Source of the DNA: Candidatus Eiseniibacteriota bacterium
GTDB taxonomy: Bacteria > Eisenbacteria > RBG-16-71-46
Reading direction: 5' to 3'
Length of the DNA stretch: 64,000 nucleotides
Assembly (NCBI GenBank): GCA_963707915.1
Contig: OY970178.1
Coordinates: 2,272,001-2,336,000 of the forward strand
This document shows, piece after piece, positions 38,620 to 49,006 of the stretch. The translations under genes were made by a program, and so were the position numbers. Under the pieces are notes generated by a model. It was given only the letters and a program-made list of their open reading frames with translations. It was not told where the DNA came from and searched no databases. Position 1 is the first letter of the stretch. Every line of letters begins with the position of its first letter.

Positions 38620-39989
38620 GGCCTGCCCACTTCCTCGAGCCGCGCCGTGAAGTGGCGGAGCGCCGGCGCCTCCCAGGTGATGCGCAGGCCCCGGAGCCGG
38701 CCGCGTTCCCGGTGGATGGCGATGACCGACTCCGCTACGTAGCGCATGTGCTCGTTGGTGTAGACGCGGCGCGGGACGGCCAGCCGCACCAGGTCGAGCC
38801 TGGGGAACACCGGCTCGCCGGTCTTCGGGTCGCGGTGCCCGAACATCAGGCTCCCGATCTCCACCGTGCGGATGCCGAACTCGCGGTAGAGCTGCACGAC
38901 CAGCGCCTGGCCGGGGAACTGCGACTGCGGGATGTCCGGCAGGAACGCGCGCGCGTCGAGGTAGACCGCGTGGCCGCCGACCGGCTTCACGATGGGCACG
39001 CCCGCCCGGTCCAGCAGGTCGCCCAGGTAGGCCACCTGCCCGACGCGGTGGGCGAGGTAGTCCTCGTCGAGCACCTCGGTCAGGCCGATGGCGATGGCCT
39101 CGAGATCGCGCCCGGCGAGCCCCCCGTACGTGGCGAAGCCCTCGACCAGGATGAGCAGGTTGCGGATCTTCTCGGCCCACGCCTCGTTCTTGAGCGCCAG
39201 GAAGCCGCCGATGTTCACCAGCGCGTCCTTCTTGGCGCTCATGGTGCAGCCGTCGCCGTACGAGAACAGCTCGCGCGCGATGTCCTTGACGCTGCGCTGC
39301 GACCAGCCCGGCTCGCGCTCGCGGATGAACCAGCAGTTCTCGGCGAAGCGGCAGGCGTCGAAGATCAGCGGCACGCCGTGCCGGTCGCAGACCTCGCGCA
39401 CCGCGCGCACGTTGGCGATCGAGACCGGCTGACCGCCCCCCGAGTTGTTCGTGACCGTGATCATCACGAGCGGCACGCGCTCGCGCCCGACCTCCCGGAT
39501 CGCGCGGTCGAGCTTCGCCGGGTCGAGGTTGCCCTTGAACGGGTGCAGGCAGCCCGGGTCGAGGCCCTCGTCGATCACCAGGTCGCGCGCCTCGGCGCCC
39601 TGGTGCTCGATGTTGGCGCGCGTGGTGTCGAAGTGCGTGTTGCTGGGCACGACGTCCCCGGGCTTGAGCACGCTCGAGAACAGCAGGTGCTCCGCGGCGC
39701 GGCCCTGGTGCGTCGGGATGACGATCGGGTAGCCGAAGACGTCCTGGATGGTGTCGCGGAAGTGATAGAAGTTGCGGCTGCAGGCGTACGACTCGTCACC
39801 CATCATGAGCCCGGCCCACTGGCGGTCGCTCATCGCCGAGGTGCCGCTGTCGGTGAGCAGGTCCACGGCAACGCTCTCGGCGGGCACGGCGAAGAGGTTG
39901 AGACCGGCCTCCGCCAGCAAGTGCTCGCGCTCTTCGCGCGTCACGCGGCGCAACGGCTCGACGACCTTGATGCGGAAGGGCTCTCGCAT
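38616..39989 (-). CDS. tnaA: Tryptophanase (beta-eliminating lyase)
   Basis: EPFRIKVVE, DLLTDSGT, HQGRAAE, PLP lysine motif MSAKKD and RLAVPRRVYT. Tyrosine phenol-lyase is not excluded. Confidence 0.85.
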   Translation of the reverse strand: MREPFRIKVVEPLRRVTREEREHLLAEAGLNLFAVPAESVAVDLLTDSGTSAMSDRQWAGLMMGDESYACSRNFYHFRDTIQDVFGYPIVIPTHQGRAAEHLLFSSVLKPGDVVPSNTHFDTTRANIEHQGAEARDLVIDEGLDPGCLHPFKGNLDPAKLDRAIREVGRERVPLVMITVTNNSGGGQPVSIANVRAVREVCDRHGVPLIFDACRFAENCWFIREREPGWSQRSVKDIARELFSYGDGCTMSAKKDALVNIGGFLALKNEAWAEKIRNLLILVEGFATYGGLAGRDLEAIAIGLTEVLDEDYLAHRVGQVAYLGDLLDRAGVPIVKPVGGHAVYLDARAFLPDIPQSQFPGQALVVQLYREFGIRTVEIGSLMFGHRDPKTGEPVFPRLDLVRLAVPRRVYTNEHMRYVAESVIAIHRERGRLRGLRITWEAPALRHFTARLEEVGRP

Positions 39990-40111
39990 GTCGGCGGCAG
40001 TCTATCCGGCGCGCAGGGTGGAGACAAGGCGCGGCACCCCGGTGCGGGGCGAGCGCCTCCGCCCGCGCGGGCGGCTTGCATGCGCCCCATCGCCCGGCTA
40101 CGGTCCCGCCC

Positions 40112-41467
40112 ATGAAGGCCGCCCTCGCCGTACCCGCCGCGCGCATGCGCACCGTCGTGCTCGACCTCGCGTTCACCGCGTTCCTGGCGTTCGCCCTCTC
40201 CCTGTCGGCCCGCGCCGCGGGGGCCGCGCCGGACGCGCCCCGGCTCGAGCTCGGCTTCGAGGAGCGCGTCCGCACCGAGAACTGGGACAACAGCACCGAC
40301 TTCGACCAGGCCGCGCCGGACGCGCGCCACCAGTTGCGGCTCCGCACGCGCGCCTGGGCGACGCTGAGCGCCGGGAGGAGCACCGAGTTCGCGCTCGGCT
40401 TCAACGACGAAGACCGCAAGGTGACCACGCCCCACGCCCCGTTGAAGCTGGACGAGATCGTGATCGAGAACCTCTACGTCGACCACCGCTTCTCCGACGG
40501 GGCCTCCATCCGTCTGGGACGCCAGAACCTCATGCGTGGCGACGGCTTCATCCTGATGGATGGCACTCCGCTCGACGGCTCGCGCACCGCCTACTTCAAC
40601 GCGCTCGACCTGGGCTGGACCTCGGGGAAGTCGAGGCTCGACCTGCTGATCATCTCCGATCCGCATCGCGACGAGTACCTGCCGCGCATCCACGACCAGG
40701 ACAAGCCGCTGATCGAGCGGGACGAGAACGCGGTCGGTCTCTACTGGACCCGCGCGGACCGCCCGGGGACCACGCTCGACGCGTACTACTTCTTCAAGGC
40801 CGAGACCGGCGACACGCGCCCGGCCACGAACCCCGTCCGGCAGGGCGACCGGATGTTCCACACGCTCGGCGGCCGCGCGACGCGCGATTACCCGGGGGAC
40901 TGGTCGGTGAAGGCGGAGCTGGCGGGACAGGCCGGCGGGCAGCAGCCCGGTTCCGACATCCGCGCGTGGGGCGCCCAGGTCTCGGTGAAGAAGGGCTTCG
41001 CGCACGCGGCGAGGCCGTCCGTCCAGCTGGGCTGGATCGGCCTCTCGGGCGACGACCCCGCGACGGCGGCGAACGAGGGCTGGGACCCGCTCTTCGCGCG
41101 CTACCCGAAGTGGAGCGAGCTGTACATCTACACGCTGGCCGGTGAACGCGGCGTGTCCTACTGGACCAACCTCTCGATGTGGCAGGTCGAGGCGCGGGCG
41201 ACGCCGGTGAAGGCTCTCGAGCTGCGGGCCACGGCCTACCGCCTGGCGGCCTTCCACGCCTTCCCGGGCAAGTCCTCGATCTACGCCGACGGGACGCGGC
41301 GCGGCGACCTCTACGAGGCGCGCGCCGACTACCGGCTGAACGACAACTGGCGCGGGCACGTCGTGGGCGAGTGGATGGCGCCCGGCGACTTCTACACCCA
41401 CGGCGACGCAGGCTGGTTCCTCCGCGCCGAGGTGATCTGCTCGTTCAAGCGGTCGTTCGCCGGGTAG
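40112..41467 (+). CDS. Alginate-export-family outer membrane barrel
   Basis: Signal peptide, ERVRTE, RLRTRAW, RLGRQ and LSGDDP. Confidence 0.75.
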   Translation: MKAALAVPAARMRTVVLDLAFTAFLAFALSLSARAAGAAPDAPRLELGFEERVRTENWDNSTDFDQAAPDARHQLRLRTRAWATLSAGRSTEFALGFNDEDRKVTTPHAPLKLDEIVIENLYVDHRFSDGASIRLGRQNLMRGDGFILMDGTPLDGSRTAYFNALDLGWTSGKSRLDLLIISDPHRDEYLPRIHDQDKPLIERDENAVGLYWTRADRPGTTLDAYYFFKAETGDTRPATNPVRQGDRMFHTLGGRATRDYPGDWSVKAELAGQAGGQQPGSDIRAWGAQVSVKKGFAHAARPSVQLGWIGLSGDDPATAANEGWDPLFARYPKWSELYIYTLAGERGVSYWTNLSMWQVEARATPVKALELRATAYRLAAFHAFPGKSSIYADGTRRGDLYEARADYRLNDNWRGHVVGEWMAPGDFYTHGDAGWFLRAEVICSFKRSFAG

Positions 41468-41540
41468 ATTCCCGCCCGGGCGCGGACGTCGCCCTTCGGC
41501 CCTCCGTCGCCCGCCCCGGACTCGCGCGCGGTGAAGGCGC

Positions 41541-43157
41541 CTAGATCCTCGCCAGGAAGACGAACGTCATCAGCGCCACGGCCAGCACCATGAGGAGCGC
41601 GATGACGGCGGTCGCGCGGATGACCTGGCTCTCCATTCCGATCTTGTCGATCACGGCGGCGGCGTTCTGCAGCTTGGCGGGACTGATGACCGACGCCAGC
41701 CCGCCGCCGATGCCGCTCACCGCGGCGACCAGCAGGCCGATGCGGAGCAGGCGCTCGGGATCCGTCGAGCCGAAGACCTGTGCGACGGTGTCGAAGTGCA
41801 GCTTCGAGAGCATGGCGATGCTGCTGGTCTCGCTCCCGCTGATGAAGCCGCCCAGCAGTCCGAGGAACGCGGCCACGCCGGCGTAGGCCTGGTGGAAGAC
41901 GCCCGCGCTGGCGTCGGCGACCACCTTCACCATGTTCAGGCCGCCGGCGGGGTCCGCGGCCCAACCGGGCCGGCCGTCGACCTGGACCGGCGTCTTGCCG
42001 CTGTGGTTGAGCACGAAGGCGATGGCGAAGTAGATCGCCGCGGCGAACGCCGGACGCGGGGCGCGACGCAGGGTCTTGCGTCCCGCCGCCGCGAGCCGGC
42101 CGGCCGCCATGCGGTAGAACGGGATCGCGACCAGCGTGGCGATCAGCACCCAGGTGTAGGCCTGCCAGAGCATGCGCAGCCGCTCGGGCCGGCCCGGCAC
42201 GATCTCGAGCGGCATCGCCAGCCGCTTGAAGAGCAGGTCGTAGAGCCCGAACCCGCCGTAGTTCGTGAGCGCGCTGAAGGCGACCAGCAGCAGCCAGGGC
42301 AGTACGGCGAGGCCGAGTCCCATCCCCTGCTCGGTGCGGCGATCGTCCTCGCTGAGCGCGGACCGGTCGAGGAGCCGCCGCCCGCTGAGCCGCACGTAGA
42401 CGAGCATCACCAGGACGACGCCGATCCCGGCCACGACGCCGGTCAGGGTGGGCAGGCCCGCCACGTTCATGCCGATGGCGACGAAGCCCGCCGTGAGCCC
42501 GGTGAGGAGCGCGGCCGGCCAGCCACGGCCGACCTCCTTCCAGCCGCCCACCAGCCAGAGCATCGAGAGCGCGATCAGCGAGGTCACCACCGGCATGTAC
42601 TGCGCGAAGTAGAGCCCCACTTCGGCCGGCGTGAACTCGCGGCCGGTGATGCCCTTGGCCACGTCGGCGAAGACCACGACCGGCACGCCCAGCAGCGCGT
42701 AGGTGCACAGCGCGTCGTAGCCGATGGCGGGCAGCGCGATGGCGACGAAGGCGCTGTAGCCCAGCGACAGCATGATGGGCGGCAGGATGGAGACCGGGGT
42801 CGCGCCGAGCGCGGCCAGCATCGTCCCCGCGCCGACGTTGATGAGCATCACCTGCGCCGCGCGGCTGTCGCGCGCCAGCGTCTTCATGAAGACCACCAGC
42901 CGACGGATGGCGCCGGCCTCCTCCATGACGTTGATCTGGAAGATGGAGGTCACGACCATCAGGCTGATGGGGAGGCTGGCCACCATCCCGGCCACCGAAC
43001 CGACCAGGATCACCTGCCACGACGTGTGGAAGACGAACGCGGCGATGATCGCGGTGTAGAGCCAGCCGATGAGTCCGGCCACGTCCGCCGTGCGGCGGCC
43101 CCAGGTCATGAGCACGAAGATGAGGACCAGGGGCGAGATGGCGAGGAAGACGCTCAT
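41541..43157 (-). CDS. L-lactate permease family transporter
   Basis: Highly hydrophobic, with LGGFISGSETSS and ASVISPAKL. Confidence 0.8.
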   Translation of the reverse strand: MSVFLAISPLVLIFVLMTWGRRTADVAGLIGWLYTAIIAAFVFHTSWQVILVGSVAGMVASLPISLMVVTSIFQINVMEEAGAIRRLVVFMKTLARDSRAAQVMLINVGAGTMLAALGATPVSILPPIMLSLGYSAFVAIALPAIGYDALCTYALLGVPVVVFADVAKGITGREFTPAEVGLYFAQYMPVVTSLIALSMLWLVGGWKEVGRGWPAALLTGLTAGFVAIGMNVAGLPTLTGVVAGIGVVLVMLVYVRLSGRRLLDRSALSEDDRRTEQGMGLGLAVLPWLLLVAFSALTNYGGFGLYDLLFKRLAMPLEIVPGRPERLRMLWQAYTWVLIATLVAIPFYRMAAGRLAAAGRKTLRRAPRPAFAAAIYFAIAFVLNHSGKTPVQVDGRPGWAADPAGGLNMVKVVADASAGVFHQAYAGVAAFLGLLGGFISGSETSSIAMLSKLHFDTVAQVFGSTDPERLLRIGLLVAAVSGIGGGLASVISPAKLQNAAAVIDKIGMESQVIRATAVIALLMVLAVALMTFVFLARI

Positions 43158-43341
43158 GGGACATGTCTCCGGAGATGGTTCCCAGCGGCCAGGCGTCGCG
43201 GCACCCGCGTGAAGCGCGGGTCGCGCGCAGTCTATGCGGGGCGGAACAGCGGGGCAAAGCGGGCGGCGGAGTGCCGGGGGGCCGGAGTGCGACGCCGCGC
43301 GGTCGACGGAAGGCCGAAGGGCGACGCCCGCGCGGATCCGG

Positions 43342-43989
43342 CTAGTTGTGCTCGCCCGGCTCCGCCGGCCCGCCCGGGCGCAGGCGGTTCGCGACCAGTT
43401 CGCTCACGCGATGGCCGCGCTCGACGACGCTGTCGAGCGCCAGCAGGCCGAGCCGCTCGGTCGCGTCCAGCGGCGCGACCGTGCAGACGCCGTTCACCAG
43501 CGACACGAAGGGCAGGTCGGGGGCGGGCCCCTCTCCCTCGGCCGGTCGTTCCGCCCGGCCCACGAGCCGGCGGTGCAGGTCGCGCAGGACGCGGCGCTCG
43601 CTCATCACCAGCGGGTCGTCCTCGGGGTACGGCGCCTCGGGCAGCAACTCGACGCGCACGGAACGGTACGGATACTCGCGCACCGCCGCGCCGAGCCGCA
43701 CGCGGGAGAGCCCGAGGAGGGTGAGGTCGTAGCAGCCGTCCGGCAGCCACTCCACCGCTTCGACCCGGGCGAGGCAGCCCAGGTCGTGGAACGCGGGGCT
43801 GCCATGGTAGTCGCCCTCCCAGCCGGGCTTGAGCAGGGCCAGCGCGATCATCCGCTCGCCCGCGAGAGCGTCGCGCACCATGGTGCGGTAGCGCAGCTCG
43901 AAGACGTGCAACGGGACGACCGTGTGCGGGAAGAGCACGACGTTCGGCAGGGGGAACACCGGCACGGGCTGCCTGGGTTCCAACTCCAC
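43342..43989 (-). CDS. Stand-alone Lon N-terminal substrate-binding domain protein
   Basis: PVFPLPNVVLFP..PLHVFELRYRTMV and PDGCY. Confidence 0.9.
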   Translation of the reverse strand: MELEPRQPVPVFPLPNVVLFPHTVVPLHVFELRYRTMVRDALAGERMIALALLKPGWEGDYHGSPAFHDLGCLARVEAVEWLPDGCYDLTLLGLSRVRLGAAVREYPYRSVRVELLPEAPYPEDDPLVMSERRVLRDLHRRLVGRAERPAEGEGPAPDLPFVSLVNGVCTVAPLDATERLGLLALDSVVERGHRVSELVANRLRPGGPAEPGEHN

Positions 43990-44019
43990 GTTCCGGCCTC
44001 CGCGGTCGTCCGCGAACGG

Positions 44020-44499
44020 CTAGTCTCCGGCGACGAACTCCAGCACGTCCTGGATGTGGCCGTCCACCTTCACCTTGGGCCAGATCTGCGCGACGCGACC
44101 GGTCTTGTCGATCACGAACGTGGTGCGCTCGATGCCCAGGTGCTTCTTGCCGTACAGGTTCTTCTGCTTGTAGACGCCGAACAGCTTGGAGACCGTGGCG
44201 TCCTCGTCGGAGAGCAGCGGGAACGGGAGCTTCTGCTTCGCCTGGAAGTGGAGGTGCGATTCCAGGTTGTCGGTCGAGACCCCGAGAACTACCACCTTGG
44301 CCGCCTCGAGCTCGGCAGCGTGGTCACGGAAGTCGCAGGCTTCGCGCGTGCAGCCGGGCGTCGAGTCCTTCGGGTAGAAGTAGAGCACGACGGTCTTCTT
44401 CCCCTTGAACTGCTTGAGCGAGATGTTCTCGCCCGTGGTCGAGGGGAGACTGAAGTCCGGCGCCGGCCGGCCGATGACGGGTAGCACGTTGCTCGCCAT
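44020..44499 (-). CDS. bcp: Thioredoxin-dependent peroxiredoxin (BCP)
   Basis: YFYPKDSTPGCTREACDFRD and GIERTTFVID. Confidence 0.95.
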   Translation of the reverse strand: MASNVLPVIGRPAPDFSLPSTTGENISLKQFKGKKTVVLYFYPKDSTPGCTREACDFRDHAAELEAAKVVVLGVSTDNLESHLHFQAKQKLPFPLLSDEDATVSKLFGVYKQKNLYGKKHLGIERTTFVIDKTGRVAQIWPKVKVDGHIQDVLEFVAGD

Positions 44500-44592
44500 G
44501 CGTCCTCCAGAGAGCGGTGCCGGGCCCGGCCCGCCGACGGCGGGGATCCCGGGCCCGACCCGTGGGACGGCTCACCGTCCCGGCAGGATGTC

Positions 44593-45207
44593 CTACTTCA
44601 CGGCCGCGGACATGGCGAGCGCACGGTCCAGGTTCTGCGCCACCACGTTCCAGTCCAGGTTGTTGAAGAACGCCTCGATGTACTTGGCCCGCGCCCGGCC
44701 ATAGTCGATCAGGTACGCGTGCTCGTAGACGTCCAGCGCGAGGATCGGCGTGGCGTTCCAGAACGGGAACGAGTTCTGCGCGTCGCCCACCGCGGTGGTC
44801 AGCATCTTCCAGTCGTGGTCGTACGCCAGCCACACCCAGCCGCGCGCCGCCAGTCCGCTGGCCTTGAAGTCCGCCAGCCAGGCGTCGTACGAAGGGAAGT
44901 CCCGCTCGATCGTCTCGAGCAGCCTGCCGACCGGCTTGCCGCCGCCGCCGCCGAGGTGCCCGAAGTAGATCTCGTGGTTCTTCACCCCGCCCACCGCGAA
45001 GGAATAGTCCACCCGCAGGGAGCGCAGGTCGCTGTAGATCTGGCTGGCGGTGCCACGGTCCGCGGCGTCGAGCTTCTTCTGGATCTCGTTCACCTTCGGG
45101 ACGTAGCCCTTGTAAATCTCGTAGTGCTCTTCCATCGTGCGCGCCGAGATGCCGTTCAGCTCCCGGATGCACGGGAACTTCTTCGCTTCGATGTCCTTCC
45201 ACGCCAT
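44593..45207 (-). CDS. Fe/Mn superoxide dismutase family protein
   Basis: EEHY, NHEIYF and DVYEHAY metal-ligand motifs. Confidence 0.9.
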   Translation of the reverse strand: MAWKDIEAKKFPCIRELNGISARTMEEHYEIYKGYVPKVNEIQKKLDAADRGTASQIYSDLRSLRVDYSFAVGGVKNHEIYFGHLGGGGGKPVGRLLETIERDFPSYDAWLADFKASGLAARGWVWLAYDHDWKMLTTAVGDAQNSFPFWNATPILALDVYEHAYLIDYGRARAKYIEAFFNNLDWNVVAQNLDRALAMSAAVK

Positions 45208-45319
45208 GATCTTCCTCCTTCTGCTGCGAACGAGGAGCGGTTGCCGGCGGGTACCCGATGCCGCGCCCGAACCGGGCTGCGGACGCTCCGAGGGAATCGA
45301 GGATGACGAAGCGAAATCG

Positions 45320-45349
45320 AAGGTAGTCCCCGCTCCGGCGCAGTGTCAA
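45320..45349 (-). promoter_or_regulatory. Putative sigma70 promoter of sod
   Basis: Minus strand TTGACA-18 bp-TACCTT. Confidence 0.6.
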
Positions 45350-45479
45350 CCACTCCGGACAATGGTTTCGATGCGTTTGGCGCGCGTCCGATGCGGGGCC
45401 GCTCGTGGCTGGACCGGGCGTTCCCGCCCAACGGGGTCCTCTGCTAGCATCCCGGCCGTCACCCCCGAAAGGAGCGCCC

Positions 45480-46052
45480 GTGAGCTGGACCCGGACCATC
45501 ACCCCGCAGACCGCGGATGGCCCCGTCCGCGGCGTCTTCGAGCACATCTCGAGCTTCCACCCCGACCGGCGCGTGGGCCACCTCTGGCAGGCCTGCGCGC
45601 CCGATCCGGCCGCGCTGGACGCGCTCTTCCGCCTGGTGCGCACCGTCATGGACGACCCGGCGCCGCTCTCGCGCGCACAAGCCGAGGCGATCGCGGTCGC
45701 CGTCTCGGCCGTGAACGGCTGCGGTTATTGCGTCGCCCACCACGGCCGCCGGCTCGCGGCCGCGCTCGGCGACGAGCCGCTGGCCCGCGCCGTGGCGCGC
45801 GACTACCGCGAGGCGGACCTGCCCGCGTGGGACCGGGTGCTGCTCGACCACGCGGTCGCCCTCACCTGCGACCCCGCCGAGCGCACCGAGGACGACGTCG
45901 AGCGCCTGCGCGAATACGGCTTCGACGACCTGGCCATCCTCAAGGCCACCGAGATCACCGCGCTCTTCAACCTGGTGAACCGGATGGTCAGCGGCCTGGG
46001 TGTCCAGCTCGAGGACGGCGTCGAGGCCTGGGAGTTCGGATCGCAGGGGTAG
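45480..46052 (+). CDS. AhpD-like peroxidase-related enzyme
   Basis: EAIAVAVSAVNGCGYCVAHH and FNLVNR, with an AAGGAG RBS. Confidence 0.9.
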   Translation: MSWTRTITPQTADGPVRGVFEHISSFHPDRRVGHLWQACAPDPAALDALFRLVRTVMDDPAPLSRAQAEAIAVAVSAVNGCGYCVAHHGRRLAAALGDEPLARAVARDYREADLPAWDRVLLDHAVALTCDPAERTEDDVERLREYGFDDLAILKATEITALFNLVNRMVSGLGVQLEDGVEAWEFGSQG

Positions 46053-46118
46053 CCATGGAGGCGAGCGCCGCACGCCTGGCCTCGAGCTGCCCCACCATCA
46101 CCGCACCAGGGTCTTCCG

Positions 46119-47507
46119 TCAGGGCAGCCGCACGATCTTTCGGGTGATCGATCGCGCGCTCTGGTCGAGACGCAGGAAGTAGACCCCGCGTGGCGCCGTT
46201 CCTGGTGGCGCAATCATCACGTCATGTGGGCCCAGACCAAGCTCGTCCGGCCCCGAGGACCAGATGCGCCGCCCAGCGACGTCGAACAGGTCGAGTCTTG
46301 CGCCGGACGGCCCGCAGAGCGACACGCGGGCATTGAACGCTCCTCCACGCCAGACTGTAGACGGAAGCTCCAACGCGAGGGGTGTGCCATCCGCTGCCTC
46401 GGCGCCCCGGCCTGAGGACAGACCCATTTCCTTGTCATCGGCGACCGGAGTCTCCACGCGGCGCCCCCAGTCGAGAGTCCACAGCCACCACCCATCGCCA
46501 TCCATCAGGACCATGCGATCGCGGTCGGCGTCCGCGAAAGCGATCTGCCCATTGCCGCCCGGCGGCGCCTCGCCGGAAGGATCTAACCGCGACCATCGTG
46601 GCACGCCTCGGAGCGAAAGCGCCCACACGTAGTTGTCCCGCTGCCATCCGATGACCAGCATGCGTTCACGATGCGCGTCGTAGATCGCGGCATGTCCGGC
46701 TCGGCTCGCGGGGGCCTCGTCCCCAACCTTGATCTGCCGCCACCGAGGTTGTGGCCCCAGGTCGAGCGCCCAGACGTCCCCGAGGAGACCGCCGTCAGCG
46801 GCTGCTCGTCCTCCGTAGACGATCATCTCCCGATGAGCTGCTTCGTAGATCGCCGTGTTCCCCGTGCGTAGGGGCGGTGGCACACCACGCGGCTCGAGGG
46901 CCGTCCAGCGGGGATCATCACCGAGGGACAGGGCCCAGACATCTCCGCGGACCTCATTGTTCACGCTGAAGGGATCGGCCCCGCCATAGACCAGCATGCA
47001 GTCGCGCACGGGGTCGTAGACCGCGGATGCATGGAAGAGACTGGGCGAGGTCCCGGCCGGGACCAGGCGCTCCCATTGGATCGGGCCACCGAGTCTCAGG
47101 GCGAATACGTCAACGACAAGCCCCGAGGAACCGCCTCTCTTGGCGAGGGTCATGACGACAATGCGATCACGGCGAGGGTCGTAGATGGCCGAGCACCCGA
47201 GAGGGATGCCCGGCCAACCGCCGATGCGCACGACCCGGCTCGGCCCGGCTGAATCGATGTTCTTGAACGTGATCCGGTCCGAAGAGAAGTGAATCAGTTC
47301 GGCGCGCGAAGGATCGAAGACGACGCCCACCGGATTCGTCACGGGAAACGCGCCAGTCGTGTACCAATAACGCTTGTTCCAGGCGCCGTCGCTCCCATCT
47401 TCGCGTGGAGGATGTACCCGGGCCTGCCACTGGGCATGCGCGTACGAAGCGGTTGTGAGAAGCAGCGTTGCGACCAGAATTCCCAGCTGACGCGTCGGCC
47501 GTCTCAT
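46119..47507 (-). CDS. Secreted Kelch-repeat protein with a C-terminal FlgD-Ig/T9SS-CTD-like domain
   Basis: Signal peptide, repeats of AxYD..RDxMLVYGG..DVWAL, and C-terminal LDLFDVAGRR..GVYFLRL..TRKIV. Confidence 0.8.
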   Translation of the reverse strand: MRRPTRQLGILVATLLLTTASYAHAQWQARVHPPREDGSDGAWNKRYWYTTGAFPVTNPVGVVFDPSRAELIHFSSDRITFKNIDSAGPSRVVRIGGWPGIPLGCSAIYDPRRDRIVVMTLAKRGGSSGLVVDVFALRLGGPIQWERLVPAGTSPSLFHASAVYDPVRDCMLVYGGADPFSVNNEVRGDVWALSLGDDPRWTALEPRGVPPPLRTGNTAIYEAAHREMIVYGGRAAADGGLLGDVWALDLGPQPRWRQIKVGDEAPASRAGHAAIYDAHRERMLVIGWQRDNYVWALSLRGVPRWSRLDPSGEAPPGGNGQIAFADADRDRMVLMDGDGWWLWTLDWGRRVETPVADDKEMGLSSGRGAEAADGTPLALELPSTVWRGGAFNARVSLCGPSGARLDLFDVAGRRIWSSGPDELGLGPHDVMIAPPGTAPRGVYFLRLDQSARSITRKIVRLP

Positions 47508-47750
47508 ACACGATTCCTTCCTCCCGGTGCGTGAGATCCTACTCTCGCTACCGGCGCCGTACCATGGCGGTCTGACCCGCCTCCGGGACGTTGATCGAAT
47601 GCAACCAGCAGGCCTCCGGCGGCCTGGTCGCTACGCGAGAAGAAACGCTGGGGCGGGCCATTCCGTCGCCATTCGTGCCCGCCGGGCGGAGGCTCGGGCG
47701 CCCCGACCCCCCGGGGTCCGCATTGCTTGACCGTGGCGGAAGTGCAGCGG

Positions 47751-48992
47751 CTACCGCCGCCCAGTCGCCTCGCGATAGATCGCCGTCAGTCCCCCGACGT
47801 GCAGGGCGGGAGCACCGGCCTCGAGTACCCGTGCCCGGCCCGCGTCGGCCCAGCCCGTGGCCTGCGGGTCCGCGAGGGCACGCGCCACCGTCTCGGCCAG
47901 CGCCCGCGCATCGCCGGGCGGCACCAGCAGGCCGGTGACCTCGTGCTCCACCAGCTCGGGGATGGCCCCGATGCGGGAGGCCACGACCGGCCGGGCGTCC
48001 AGCAGCGCCTCGGCCGCCGCGTAGCAGAAGTGCTCGTAGAAGAGCGAGGGCACGACCACCACCGTCGCGGCGGCGCGCAGCGAAGCCAACTCGGCGTCGG
48101 AGCGGTAGCCGAGCGGACGCAGGTTCGGCAGCGCCGCGGCCTGCGCGTCGAGCCAGGCGCGCAGCGGCCCCTCCCCCACGACGGCCAGCGGCACCGGCGC
48201 GATGCGCGCCGCCAGCGCCGGGAGCAGGCGCACCCCCTTTTCGACCGAAAGCCGTCCGGCGAAGAGGACGTAGCGCCCGCCGGGGAACGCGGGCAGGTTC
48301 GCCGCGTCCGTGGCCGGTGACGCGCTCCCGGCGCGATCCACGCCGTGAAGCAGCAGGCGCAACCGGGCGCGATCCACGCCGAACTCGCCCGCCTTCTCCA
48401 GCACGAAACGCGAAGGCGCGATCCAGAGTCGGACGGCGCGATACGCGCCCACCAGGTCGTGCGCGTAGGCTTCGACCATGCCCACCGCGCTCTTCAACCG
48501 CGAGTCCTGCACGCAACCGATCGCGAGCGAGTGCCAGTGGTGTCCTCCGCGGCAGCGCTCGCAGGGCGCGCCGCGCGCGAACAGGATGCGGTTCGTGCAC
48601 CAGGGCTTGAAGTCGTGCAGCGTCATCACGACCGGCACGCCGGCGCGCTCGAGCGGTCCCAGGATCGAGGGCGTGAGGTAGCGGCTCGGGGCGTGGACGT
48701 GCGCGACCTCCGGCCCGAACTCGCGCACCGCCGCCGCGGCGGAACGCGCCGCGGGCCCCGACCAGATGGCGCGGGGCAGCTGCACGAGTTGCCGCAGTGC
48801 CGACGCGCCCTCGCCATAGTCCGCGGCGGGCGCGAAGTGCGCTGACGTCGGGCTGGGCAGGTTGCGCGGGTCGCGGATCGCCAGGTGCGCGACGTCGTGG
48901 CCGGCCGCGGCGAGCCAGCGCGACTCGTCCAGGTAGGTGCGCTCGACCCCGCCGCGCAGGTAGTGGAAGGCGTTGACGAGCAGGACGCGCAC
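47751..48992 (-). CDS. Glycosyltransferase family 4
   Basis: RGGVE, TLHDFK, GRLSVEKG, PSLFYE and GAIPELV..TGLLV. Confidence 0.92.
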   Translation of the reverse strand: MRVLLVNAFHYLRGGVERTYLDESRWLAAAGHDVAHLAIRDPRNLPSPTSAHFAPAADYGEGASALRQLVQLPRAIWSGPAARSAAAAVREFGPEVAHVHAPSRYLTPSILGPLERAGVPVVMTLHDFKPWCTNRILFARGAPCERCRGGHHWHSLAIGCVQDSRLKSAVGMVEAYAHDLVGAYRAVRLWIAPSRFVLEKAGEFGVDRARLRLLLHGVDRAGSASPATDAANLPAFPGGRYVLFAGRLSVEKGVRLLPALAARIAPVPLAVVGEGPLRAWLDAQAAALPNLRPLGYRSDAELASLRAAATVVVVPSLFYEHFCYAAAEALLDARPVVASRIGAIPELVEHEVTGLLVPPGDARALAETVARALADPQATGWADAGRARVLEAGAPALHVGGLTAIYREATGRR

Positions 48993-49006
48993 GGGCGTCT
49001 CTCAGC

